NCBI GenBank assembly: GCA_964035545.1
Contig: OZ037766.1
Coordinates: 8,298,722-8,362,721 of the forward strand
Source: Bugula neritina
Lineage: Eukaryota; Animalia; Bryozoa
Length of the DNA stretch: 64,000 nt
Reading direction: 5' to 3'
Position numbers and translations under genes: made by a program. Within the stretch, counting starts at the first letter, position 1. Each line of letters begins with the position of its first letter. The notes beneath the pieces are model-generated. The model was not told the DNA's origin and made no database searches. It saw only the letters and a program-made list of their open reading frames with translations. Of this stretch, positions 26,201 to 39,500 are shown piece by piece.

Positions 26201-29200
26201 ATTTTCATGATAATTTTAAATACGTATAGAAAAAAAGGCCGAGGGAAACCTGCAACAATAAAAGGCATTTAATTGCCATATTGGCAATTAAAATGTGGTT
26301 GTGGACGTTAGGAATTTTTCCATAACATATCCCAATTTAATAAAAAAATAGAAGAAAATATAGAAAGTCAACTTAAATTAAAGAAAACTTCAATCATTTA
26401 ATTGTATTTATTAATATTCTATTAGTTTAGAAAAAAAACATATATATTAGCAGCTAATTAATTGTGAAAAAATAGCCAAAAACTAGAGATATCGAATCGA
26501 GTGTGTACTACATTAAATAAAATGACCCATATATATACATAGTATTATAAAATGGACAATATTATATATACTTGAGAACTTACTATCTGCATCTACATTG
26601 CTAGATCTAAAGCGGTCTTCCACACGTGGGACAGCCGACTGTGGTTTTATAGGTTCTGAAACAGACTGGAAGTTCTCTTTAAGCTGCTGCGAATAGCCTT
26701 TTGTCATCATGGCAGCTATTTTCAACTGCTGCTCTTCATAAGAGCCCTTAGACTCCTTAATAGTATTATATGATTTGCCGTGTCTTGCAGCCATTTCTGC
26801 ACTTGTAGAAAATCGGTCTTCAGTTTTTTTAACAACTTTTTCCCTGAACCTGTCTTCTATGACAGTTACTTTTGAAGAGTTTAGGTTTTCAGTGAGACGG
26901 AGAGGATCTTTGTTGAGGTCAGGAGTTCGGGGACCCCTTTGAGAGTCTGGCACAGTGAGTTGAACATTACTATGATAGACAGGGGAATCATCTCCACCTG
27001 TGAATGTGTCCGGCGGAGCTTCATCTACTACAGCTTCCCGACTACTCTTCGAACTGCCACGTCTATGTGCGAAATCTCTTCGACGCTGATCGCGTCTAGA
27101 TATCCTATCAGGATCATCATACGGATTAAAAGGCTTAGCAGCAGGCTTTCTCACAGGATGTTCATAAGGAGAGTCTCTGCTACTATGAGAAGATGACTTC
27201 GCATGCAACTGCAGACTTTTGTATTGTGAACGGTGATTATTCTCATTCTAAAAAGAAACAATTGCCAATAATGTTCAATTACTCCTTACAACAGCAGAAT
27301 TGCTCAAGCAGGCCATACTACATTTCATTGAAATTAAATTGCTTCTTGCCCTCCAATATCATGACGCTGTAAAATAGAGCTTGGCAATGTGCGTACAGTT
27401 AGCAGTAACGGCTTTTTTGCTTAGAGAAGACAACTCCTAAATCATTGACATTTTTTAATCACTTAAAGTCAACACTTTTTGAAGAAACAGGTATTGCATG
27501 GCCTCACCTCATACATGTAGTTAAAATGTTTGTCTTTATCTACTCGGGGAGTACTCTTTAAAGTAGATTGCAAGGCATTTTGAACTTTCATTAACCTTTC
27601 ACTGGCAGACTCAACAGGGATTGTGACAGCAGGAGCAGAGGACTAACACAATAAATACATGTCATGCAAATAAAACTATATCAAACTGAGAAGAAAATTT
27701 ATAAGTTGATTTTCATACCGCAACACATAACATTAAACTCAAGGTGAAATATAAGAAAAACCCTCTCACGCATAGAATGCAACATGGACACTACAACAAC
27801 TCACCACTTTTGAAAGTTTCTTCTAAAACCACAACAAGCTGTTTTATGAAGAGGCAATAAGGCAATGATATATAATGTAAAAAAAACATGAAATTGCAAG
27901 CCATTACTACAGTTACTAATGAAGAAAATTTTTATTCTAGAAATTGGAAAAAATTTAGATTAGTCAAATAAAGCTTTTCGTAAACATAATTATTGAATTT
28001 AATAAATATTACATAATTTGCCAGCATACTGCATGTAGGGAGCTTCTGTCTAAAATACCTTTTGTTTTTTCTTTGGAATTTTCATCATATTGAAATTTGT
28101 TATTGCCTGAGACCAGGGGTCAAGATGCTGCTGATTTTGATTCTCTAGTTTAGCTTTTTTATCATTCTCACCGCTGTGCTGTACACTCTCAGTAGAGTCT
28201 CCTGAAACCTAAAGTTCCATAAAACGTCAAGATTCAAACAAATCACTTAAAGCATAACTAAGACTAAACTAGTTGCTGAGTATTCAAAATTTCACAATTT
28301 ACAAAACAACTAACCTTGCTTTCAGCAGGTTGGCCTTCTTCTGCTATTTTGTCTATTTTAGATTTTTTCCTCTTCGCTGATACCTCTTCTAAACCATCTT
28401 CTTCTGCCTCTCTTTTCTTTTTTTCCCTTTGCTCTGCTTTAACAACATTTTGCACTTCAGCAACATGTAGTTTTTGAGCATTGTTCGGATAACGGATACA
28501 GTCTAGAAGAATAACTTTACATAATTTGCATTGCTTTAGCATAGCTTCTATTGAATGGCATGCAGGTATTGATGTAACGGATGTGGGAAAGTTCAATTCA
28601 GAAGTTGCATGCCCTTTGACAGAAGGTGTCTGGGCAGTCACCAATTGAGGTTGTTGAGCAGAAGGTGAAGGTTGAGTTTCCATATCACTACCACTGGCAT
28701 GATCTGTTTTCATAGTCTCCACAGCATCAATAGCACTGGAGTTATTTTTATCATTTGGCTGGTTTTGGGAATTACAGACAGCAGCTGTACTTGTAGTTTT
28801 TTCCTGATTTTCTGTTGCAGCAACAAGCTGATCGTTAACTTTTTGAATTCCATTGTTGCCATTTGATGATACTTTTTCAGCTTCCAACGCTTCAGAATTG
28901 GCACTTTTCTTGTCTGCCTCTGCTATTCCCTCCTTTTCCAAAATTTTTGTTTCAAGGTTGGCCTCATTTTCAACCTTATGTTCTTGCCTCGCCTCTTTAA
29001 GCTTGACAGGTTCAGAAACTTTGTTATCTTCATCTTTCTCCCAATTATTAGATTTGTCAAATTTTGGTTTCACTGAACTTTTATCGGTTTTAGATGAGCC
29101 GCTGCTTTCTCTTACAATAGCACTTGGCTCTGAAGTCAGCTGATCAGAAACTTCTTCACTACTACTCAATTTCCTCTTGGTAACCGTTGACTCCTTAGCG

Positions 29201-31468
29201 CTACATTTGCCCTTGTCACCAAAAACTTTTTTACTGCTTTTAGATATAATTGTGTCCTTCAAAATTTTAGCTTTTTCTTTAGCAACAGATGATGATTTCC
29301 TAGGTGTTTTAGAGAACTTCTCTCTTTTGTTGCTTATCACATCAAGGTCAGAATCGTGTGACTCTTGATCTGTTGAAGAATGCTCAGCCACTCTCAGCGG
29401 TTTACTATTTTGGGAAAACTTTCTTTCCAGGAGTGACTTGCTGTCATTTTGAGTAGCAGGCTCATCATCAGAACTGCTACTATCACTAGGAACAAATTCA
29501 GCAGATTTATAAGTTGATGTTGGAGCACTTTCAACTTTTATAACAGAATTATTTTTGCTTTTTCTATTGGATGCTTCTGAGTTTTTGTGACTATTTGAAG
29601 GCTTTTTTTTAGACAACTGCTTTGACTTGAGTTCAGAAGATTTAGATGATTTTTGTTCTCTAGGTAACTGCTTCTGGGATTTTTCTTTTTGTGGACGTCC
29701 ACGTTTTTTTCTGGTGTACAGTTTGTAGTCTCTAGCAGACAAATGTTTGTGTAACGATTTTACAAATATACAAAAATTGACGTTCCACTGGTATTTGTCA
29801 ACCAATATGTTGCAATTCTTAATCTAAAAAACATTAAAATCCAAAATGAAGGTAAACTCACCAATTAAGATCTAATAAATACAAAACTTAATATGACCAA
29901 ATATATATTTAATATTAGCACAAAATTTTAAAACAATAATCACAGCTTTAAATCGGAACAGCAAAAATATTATAGTTTTCTCAATTCTTTATCTAAAATA
30001 ACTTACATATTATTGTTGTTTGGACAGTTGCCAAATCTGCTATGGTACTTGGATCATTTATTAAATTGATGATACTACAGTGGTAACAATGATACTGATT
30101 ACTTACTATGTCATGATATTTATGTAATATTTGTCTTTTGTCTTGCGGTTCTTTCAAAATTTTAACTTTTGGCTGTTGAGCTGCGGCAGTCAAACTTTTA
30201 TCAATACTGTGGGAACTACTAGTTGAAGAACTGTCGCTTTCAGAGTCACTGCTACTACTGCTACTACTGCTACTCGAGGAGCTGCCACTTTCCTGCAAAT
30301 CTCTACCAGGCACACTAGCATTTCCAACAGTGTCAACAGATGTTAGTTCCTGTTCCTTTCTATTTGGTAGCTCTGATATAGTACTTGCACAAGAGCCATT
30401 CGGTGCTAAAGTTTCTTTACGCTCTTTATTATCTGAAGGTCTAGGGTCACATTCAGAAATTCCACTTTTCCCCCCAACAATATTAGTTTCTTCATTAGTT
30501 TCCTTTTCTTCATGACTTTCCTATAATCATACAAAAGTACATACTACATTATATGGCTATCAAGCAGACCTAACAAACTTGCCACTCACCCTTAACCATT
30601 GCTCAATATTAGTCCAACTACAGGTGCAAAAAATATAATGTTCTGCAGAAATAAAATACTGCGGATGTCTGGTTCCAACGCCATATATCATTGCAACTTT
30701 ACAAAGTCTGTTTTAGCTTAGGTAAAAATAATTGAAATATATCCTCAACATTGAACTTTCAAGTTTCGTTTTTATATTGTTCAACGGAGTTTTTGCAAGA
30801 ACCTATACAAACCTTTGCATCTGGTATCTGCTGAATACCAAAAATTATATCTTTAGCCTCATTCAGCTTAAAAATAGCTTCTGTTTGCTCATCGCAAACT
30901 ACATCTGGGGAAATCTCATCTATAGAACAAGGTTCTTCATCAGCAACAAGGTCACCCAATGCATCATCAGTAATAGTTACATCTATGGAACCAATGTTAG
31001 TTCCTTTATCACCCATAAGATCCTATAAAGTAAACAGGTTTGAAACATAACACTCAATAGATTAGTAGGAAGTTGCAAAATCATACATGTCTATAAAGAT
31101 GGGTTCTACAAAGCAATTTTTGAAAATAAATCAAATACTTTATTTTTAATCAAATACCATTTTATTGGAGTCAATAGACAGTTTTCAAAAACTGAAGTTT
31201 GCAACAGTATTCATAGATTGTTTCATCGTTAAGTTTAAAACTACAGCAAAAATAAAATATATAACAACTAAATTATCCATTAATGATTAAATGATCTAGA
31301 ATTGTGCTTCAGCTACAACAAATAGCAATGGATATATAGAGGTTTTAAAATTCAGTTTGTAGATTTCAAGTAACCATTCACAATAGTCTTGACTAATTGT
31401 TATTCTTAAGTCTTACCTCTTCAAGAACTGTAGAACTAGATCCTAATTTAGACACAGTATAGTTGTGT
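20204..31468 (-). CDS. Uncharacterised large, mostly disordered nuclear protein (AT-hook, Ser/Lys-rich, Pro-rich, EEGEI and MGLP motifs, helical C-terminus); start codon not located
   Basis: Chain of minus-strand exons, most phase-compatible: approx. 31468-31417, 31023-30813, 30520-30107, 29823-28314, 28207-28039, 27642-27508, 27247-26572, 26012-25891, 25007-24873, 24514-23826, 23717-23174, 22808-22663, then small exons down to 20358-20204 (stop TAG at 20204-20206). The 3' small exons are ambiguous. Confidence 0.75.
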
Positions 31469-31499
31469 CTAAAATAAAAGTTTAATTGACAGTGAATTT

Positions 31500-32220
31500 C
31501 TTATAATGATAATCATAAATTTAAAATCATAATTAAAATTAAAACTTGAAGTTAAAGCATTAATTTCAAACTTAGGTATACTTATATTAACTTATACTTA
31601 TAGTTTTACTTTTACTTTTAGCTTCAGCCTTGAAGTCAAAGCCAAAAATCAATATGAATATGAATGTTATTACTAGTACTACTCATCATGAGTATCACTA
31701 TGATGAGTATGACTATCGCTATGAGTATCAGTATGAGTATCACTGCCACATTCTAATTCACTCTAACCTCATCACTATCACTATGACTACGACTTACTCT
31801 TACTCGTAGTGCTATTGTAATTCTAATTGTTGGTGTTGATCTCAGCAATTTTACTTAATCTTATAGTTATTACTTATTGGTTACAAGTTATCAAGTTCAA
31901 CTAATAGTAATAGCAATACTAATAGTAATACTACTAATACTATCCGATTATGACTATGACTACAAACTCAAAGTATCAGTATGCACTATGTGTAACACTA
32001 AAATTAAATTTATTATAATAATAATCATCATTTATATTATATTTAAATCTTAATCTTTAAATTATAATCAATAAAATTAAATACTGAAATTATTTTAAAA
32101 TTAATTTATTGTAACAAATATTTTTATTGTTATAACTAAAAATAAATAATTTCAAGTTATAACTTACAGTTTTATTCATATTTATAAGTTATATAGATAA
32201 CTGTTAGTGTTAGTGTTAGT
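31500..32220. repeat. Degenerate periodic tract of the same family
   Basis: atgagtatcactatgatgagtatgactatcgctatgagtatcagtatgagtatcact (31688-31744); taatagtaatagcaatactaatagtaatactactaatact (31902-31941). Confidence 0.8.
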
Positions 32221-32224
32221 AGCC

Positions 32225-32490
32225 GAAGTTATGTTTCATAGCATTATTTTATTTCCCTCGTAGGAGTGATCTCCCTGTTAGCGCAGCATGTACGCCTGGA
32301 TAAACATCATTGGTTACTTTTCCGCCTGTTCGGGATTTAACGGAGTCGTTGTGACAGCTCAACTGCAGCAGAAAGGATAACTTGATAACAATAGTGATCG
32401 GTAGGCCGGCAAGCTTTGTGACTGTAGAGTGTGAAATTGTACATAATGTAAAAGCTTGGATCTAGCATATGTTGCGAAAGCTCAATTGCA
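32225..32490 (-). promoter_or_regulatory. Putative promoter / first non-coding exon of the uncharacterised minus-strand gene
   Basis: CpG-retaining island between the IVD 3' end and the periodic tract. Minus-strand donor AACT|GTAAGT at ~32168. Confidence 0.45.
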
Positions 32491-33500
32491 AGTTATTACA
32501 AATGTATTGTTATAGTATTGAGAGATCCCTGGTTAACAAAAAGTAGTGAGACATCTCTGTGACTTCTGTTTATGGGTCTAGCTGCAGGAATATTAATTAT
32601 GGCCATGTGATAAATTCATCTGCATAAAATATCACCCATTGCTATTCTCTCCTCATTTAATATAATTGGTTATAGAGGTTTAGAACTTTTCAATTGTGTT
32701 CATGTTTTAGAAAACATTTTAAAATACTACATGTTTACCATTACCATTAAAATGAGGGGGTTAGGTAGATTATTTGTGCACATGTTATAGCCTGTAGATT
32801 ATTCATGTGCATGGGCGAATTGAGAGTGGCAAAAAAAATTAGCTACCTGCATGTTGGCCCTGACTGCTACCTCTTATATTTTGCATCGACATTTTTTTCA
32901 TTTTCCTACTTGTTTTGTGTCGTGCCTGGTATAACTCTAAGTCTGTCACCATAGCAAAGGCTTCTATTTATTTTCATTTGTGAAGTTATTTGATGAAGGA
33001 TGTGGTCTACAACTAATCCACACGTTTTCTACCCAAAGAAAACTATTGGATTATAAATGGGCGAGACAAGAATTAGGTTTGCAGGTTAACTATTATGCAT
33101 GGTTTGTCAAACATATCACTCAAAAGAAAAGTATACATATTACCAAGTCAACTAAAACTCGAGTCAAGTAATTCTAAAATTTTCATCTTGTTTATTTCAT
33201 GTTTAATAATTTTCATCTATGACATAGTGAGACATAAAGTTAAATGAATTTATTTTAAAATGATCGTACACACAACACAGCACTTTATCAGTGCAAGAAA
33301 GTGTAATATTTTCAACTGGAAATGCAAATAAATGCTCATACTATTTTAGACAATATTTCTGCTGAGAGAACAACTCATAATTATTACAAAATTGAGAGAA
33401 TGCACACATTGGTTGTTTGTAAAGTCATATGGCCTATATTGCAAGTAAAGTATTTCTAAAAATATTTTGTAAACATCCGCGTAAGTAGAGATATTACTTC

Positions 33501-36500
33501 TCATTGCAAATATTCTTGATTTAAAGACCGACCAATCACCATCCGCCTTACTTCACTGGTCCCTGCACCAATCTCATACAATTTAGCATCTCTGAGAAAT
33601 CTTCCAGTTGGATAATCATTAATATATCCATTTCCACCTACAAAATCAATACCCGTAAAATAATTCAAAACTTTAAAGCAATTTTTATTTGTAGGTAAAG
33701 AATTATCATGATTTGTTGTTACACACCGTGTTATCTTTTCACAGAATATCTAAGATGAAGTTTACTCTTACCGAGGATCTGAATAGCATCAAGTGCTACC
33801 TGGGTTGCTTTTTCAGCGGCATATAGAATAACAGCAGCACAGTCCTAAAATGATTTACATAAAAATAAAAACACAGCATAGAATTTAGATATAAACAACA
33901 GAGATAATTGCTATGTCATAATAACATGGCAAATGATTGAAATAAAATACAGTTCTATAATAAATATAAGAAATATGTATTGCAATCCTTTAATCAATTG
34001 CAGACCAACATATCATTAGATGCTTGCTCCAATTATAATACAAATGTTAAACAGATTACCTATACACACTAACTAGAAGTTATAAAATCAAGATACTGAA
34101 TAAAAACTAATAGTCAGATGTTAGCTAAAATAATGGAATTCTTCTACTAATCTGTGGTTACCATTAAACAATTATTTAATTCAGTTTTATAGACATCATA
34201 AGTAATAAAATAGTCAACTCTTTCTTACCTTTGGCACTCTATTGCCGTTGTCTAACGCTTTAGCCACATTGTATACATAGGAACGAGTTACACTTAGTTG
34301 TGTGTACATATCCGCCATTTTGCCTTGCAACAGCTAAAAAACATTTAGGATTATTGCCATAATATTATATATTTTTTCATTGTTTTGCTGCTTCAAAAAT
34401 GAATAAAATATATTATTGTAAATATAACATTAATACGAAACCTGGTAAGTGCCAATCTTCTTTCCAAATTGTTCTCGCTGATGAGCATAGTCAAAAGCAA
34501 CATCACAGCAAGCTTGCATTAACCTAAAAACACATCATTTGCCATCTTTCAAAGCAAAACCCCAATCAACAATCTATAGAAATATTTCCCTAACATTGCT
34601 ACAAGAAAATAGTTCCAATAAAAATTTAAAAATAAATCGATGAAACAGAATAAAAAACTTAAATTTTCAAAATTTGATTTTTGTTAGGTTCTTGTTACAT
34701 AAACATCCAAAAAAAAATTATCGAAAAGGAAAAGATAAATACCCTAAGGGACCTGCAGCAAGAAAAGCCCTCTCAATATCTAGACCACTCATCAGTACAT
34801 ACACTCCTCCTCCTTCACTTCCCATCACATTCTTTTCTAAATTCACAATTTTCTGCCAGTTGATAGTATGTATGAGTAGATTTCACATGGATTAAAATTT
34901 TTTGGTTGGTTATAGTGCTTACAGTAATAAAATGTATAATTATAATATAATTACACAAAATGTGCTCTGTTTATTTTAGTAGCATTAATATTTACAACTC
35001 AAATCTTCATAAATTTTGTTACACTATAACTGATAGTAGGAGGGAGCAGCCGTGGTCTAGGGGTTAGAGCTTAGTAAACACGAAGGTCATGGGTTCGAGT
35101 CCAGACAAAGGCCATTGGTGATGTTAGGAAGAGCATTCAGTCATAATTGCTCATGTGCCTCATTTAAACAAGTCCTTAGCCCGATTTAACAAAAACCCTT
35201 TCTCTCAAGGGTTTCTCACAGGGATGGCGACTTGCGTGCGTATAACTGATAGTAGGACAAAACCTTAAGCTCATAATGTATAAGAAATAAACTTGATGGC
35301 AATCATTTTAATTTCTACACATTATGTTCGTGATTTTAAACCAGCGAGTCTAAAACAAATGCAAAGTTCGAGTTTACTCAATATTAATTAGTTAACTCGA
35401 GCTAGCCACTGTGAGTCAATTCTACACTCCTAAAGTTTTGAGTACTCCCAAATAATGGTTATTTTAGTAGTAATAGTACAGTAATATGTTTCTTAATATC
35501 ATTATGGCAAATAGTCAAGTTTTAGTTATAGTTATCATACTATTCATAGTATTTAGTAACTATCTGTGTTAGTGTCACTATTGCAGATTAAATTATATGC
35601 CATTGGTATTCACATGTTAATAAAGTTAAATTATGATAATCTAAATTTAATAATCAAATTATAATCATAACGATACTCACCTTTACAAGCTAATAAACTG
35701 TTGGAATTATTGTAATTACCACAACACTAACATTATAATTATGGCATGATAGCAATTTTAGAATACTGGGATATTTACAAACACTAATAAAAGTTATGGT
35801 GTAGATGTGGTTCTAACTTGCATTGAAATTATAATTATCGCTTATAGTTTGATGTTCACCTTCAATATTATAACAAAACCAACTCTTAAGGCTAAAGCTA
35901 TGCAATAAGATATAAATCACTTTACTAACCAAAACTGCACTTTCTTTGAATATTTCTTTTTATATTCTAGATTATTAGAGTTTTTTAAAGCCGAATGAAA
36001 TGATATTAATGTTGAGTATATAACTGTAAGTTAGCTGCAGGTCCCCCAAAAATAAATCTAACGAAATGAATCATGATAATTTCGATAGACTTAGATTTCT
36101 AGGTTGCATAGAGCGCAGACTCACCCTAGGGGACCAGCAGCTCCTAAAGTCCTTTCAACATCTAATCCTGACATGAGAATATAAACACCAAACCCCACTC
36201 TGCCCAAGATATGACTTTCTGTGACCAAATTGGAATAATTAAATAACAAAGTACTAAAGGCTAATAACTAAGCTACACATATATTCTTAATATAAACACA
36301 CTAACATTAAATTAAAAGTTTGATGAAAACCGAAAAGCTGTGAGCTGGCGTTGCATATTTTACCTGGTACTTTACAATCTTCAAATATTAGTTCTCCAGT
36401 ATTAGATCCTCTCATCCCTAACTTGTCAAGTTTAACTCCTTGTGAAAATCCTTCCATATCCTAAACAAGTATTACGGTCTTATAAATGTCATTGACATCG

Positions 36501-39500
36501 ATAAAATTCAGTACTTATTACATACAGTAAATGAATGAAAACCTGCCTTCTCGATGAGAAATGTTGTGATGCCCTTTTGGTGTTTAGATGGGTCAGTTTT
36601 AGCATAGACCACCAAAACATCTGCATCTGGTCCATTAGTGATCCAAAATTTTGACCCGTTCAAGACATAGTAGTCTCCTACATTAGAGTACAATGGGCAT
36701 TAATATTTCTGCAAGGAGCAGAAAAGCAATAAGTAAATGGATGCAATTACAAATAATAGTAACCAGTATTAATTAATAAAAATGTACTCACCTTTTTTTA
36801 CAGCTGTGGTTTTCATTGACACGACATCTGAACCAGAACCTGCTTCACTCATTGCCAAAGCCCCAATAAATTCACCAGAACACAGCTTAAATAAAAGTAT
36901 ATTAATTAAACGGTCAAAATAAGTAAATTGAATTCATCAAATAATAAAAACATATTTACATTTAACATAAAGTTATTAAAGATAAATGGATTAGTCAACA
37001 CAAAATCTAGTTAAAAATAACTATCAGTAAATATAGCTCATCAGTCAAATTATTGCAAACAATACAACACTATGCGATAACAACAGTATGTCAAAAGTAT
37101 AATTCAGGTTTTACAAGAAATAAGAAATGACTGAAGGTACAACTATTGTATTAAATATATAAAAGACTTAGTTGTCGGCAACATAAAGTTATTTTACCTT
37201 AGGAAGGTATTTCGCTTTTTGCTCATCATTTCCATTTTTAGAGATTTGGTTGACACAGAGATTAGAGTGAGCTCCGTAACTCAGAGCAATGGCAGCAGAA
37301 ACACGCGACATCTCCTCCATCACCAAGCAATGTTCAAGATATGACATATCAGTACCACCATACTCAACTAAAAGTGAATCACATACAATGTGGTTATAAA
37401 TAGGAGTGAATTATAAACCACATACCTGAAAATGTCAATGACCATAATTATTGCAATAATTTTTTATTTGAACCCATTCAACTTAAAAGCTCTTTGTTGC
37501 AAGAAGTAGTCTTAAAAATGTTATCAATATGAGACATTGACACCGGTTTGACGTACCTGGAGCTGTCATTCCTAGAAAGCCCATATCGCCTAGCTTTTTC
37601 CAAAAATCCTAAAAAGTTTTTAAAAGCATCATATTATGAAAATAGCTAAAAATCATGTATGTGAAACAATAACAGTATTTACCTAAACAAATATAATTGA
37701 TTCGATCAGAGTGTATTGTACTACATTGGCATCTTAACAAAAGCAAACTGCAATAAGCAACCACCATAATGGCCAATTATGCAAAAAATATTTTACTATG
37801 TTTACTACTGATAATTTTAGTTTTAATTTGTGAGCTTAATGTCAAATGTTGGCAAAACTGTGAAGCTATATCATTAACGTATACGTGTTTTTCCCACCAC
37901 CAGTAAAAAATGTAGTAATTATTATTAGCAATAATATAATATTTTCAAATCATTAAAAATGCTTTAACTCACTTAGCATTACAGAATATTAAAAGCATAA
38001 ATTGACTTCTGGGTTCATGTAACAATAACATAGTTCAGTATCTAAATTAACAAATTTCACCAAAACTTTACCACACTCCATGCTTCTACCACAGTGATAT
38101 TTTATATAGCATACGTCCATTAAAACTCACATGTTGTTTGCTCCAACCGTTTTCTTTATCGATTTGATCAGCAAAAGGAGCTAACTCTTTTTGGAGAAAG
38201 TTGAAGACAGTTTCCCGAAGCTACATATAATATGGAAATCATTATATGTTTGGAAAAAATAGCAGCTTACATCATACTTTTATAATATAATATGACGATT
38301 TCAATAAACTTAATAAAACTTTAAAATAACATATTTATTCTGAAACAATGCAATCAAATACTGCTCATTAAAACTCAACCAATACAATACCATAAACATA
38401 AATAATATCATTGTCTGCACTCTTAAACACGAAATATTTATTGAAATTTATGACAATAATCACATCTAATATTCATTATTATATTTATGGTTCATTGAGA
38501 GGTTCAATTTAACAGGCCGTACTACTTGTATTTATCAGTATTATAATCATTAATGCTTTTTAACATAAAATTAAAAATACTACTAGATTATTTAATTTTT
38601 GATCAATATTATTATTAAAACACAATCGTAACAAGAAATAATCATTATCATTTAAAGATAGATATATCTTTAAATCATAGTTATTATTTATCATTACGAT
38701 TGTGTTTTAGTAATAATAATATTGATCAAAATAGATACATAGGAAGCAGTCGTGGTCTAGGGATTAGAGCGTTTGCCTAGTAAACAAGAAGTTATGAGTT
38801 CGAACCCCAGTAAAGGCCGCTGATGATGGTAGGAAGAGCATTTAGTCATAATTGCCCCTGTACCACATACTCATAGTCATGAATAAGTCCTTAGTCCACT
38901 AAAAAACATTTTCAATCAGATGTTTTTCACAGGGATGGTGATGTTTCTCACAGGGATAGTGACTATAAACTTCCGTGAGATTTTTTAAAGATAGATATAT
39001 AAATATTTAAATGCCGAGTATAAGTGTATAAAATTATCAACAATATCAAATATAATAAAAATAATTATAATATATTCAATATTGTACTAATTACAATATG
39101 GCCATAGAAATAGAATCAAACACTCATAGCAACAATTGTAATTTTAAAGTAATATACATGTAAACATTTCTATAATTATAACTATAAGTATAAGCTAAGC
39201 TTAATCTGTGAGAATATCACTATTATACTGTCAATGTCACGATCTGATCTCACCTGTATCTGTTCATCGTTCAGTCCAAAAAATTTATCATTTATGGGGT
39301 AGTGTGAGAACTGCCTAAAATTGCAGTATCTGTGGCAGCAATTGTGAGCCTTATAAATATTGCTATAACTGTTACAAGCTAAGACTGAAGAACTTAAATT
39401 GCTAGAAGTAAAAGTGCTTAAACTTGAAGTTGGAGGGTTTAACTTTAAGAATAAGTGCAAAGGCCTGACAGTAACAGTGGCCTTGGGAGTCAGTACAGAG

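Noticed and set aside
23540-30515. Plus-strand and alternate-frame ORFs over the large minus-strand gene
   Set aside because: Shadow ORFs of low-complexity coding sequence, with no splice or motif support.
32240-32600. Possible structured ncRNA (RNase P/MRP, 7SK, telomerase RNA)
   Set aside because: No diagnostic conserved motifs found; better explained as a promoter/5' UTR.
35042-35115. tRNA gene calls at the SINE heads (also 38742-38815)
   Set aside because: Acceptor and anticodon stems are broken, and both continue into a shared SINE body with TSDs.
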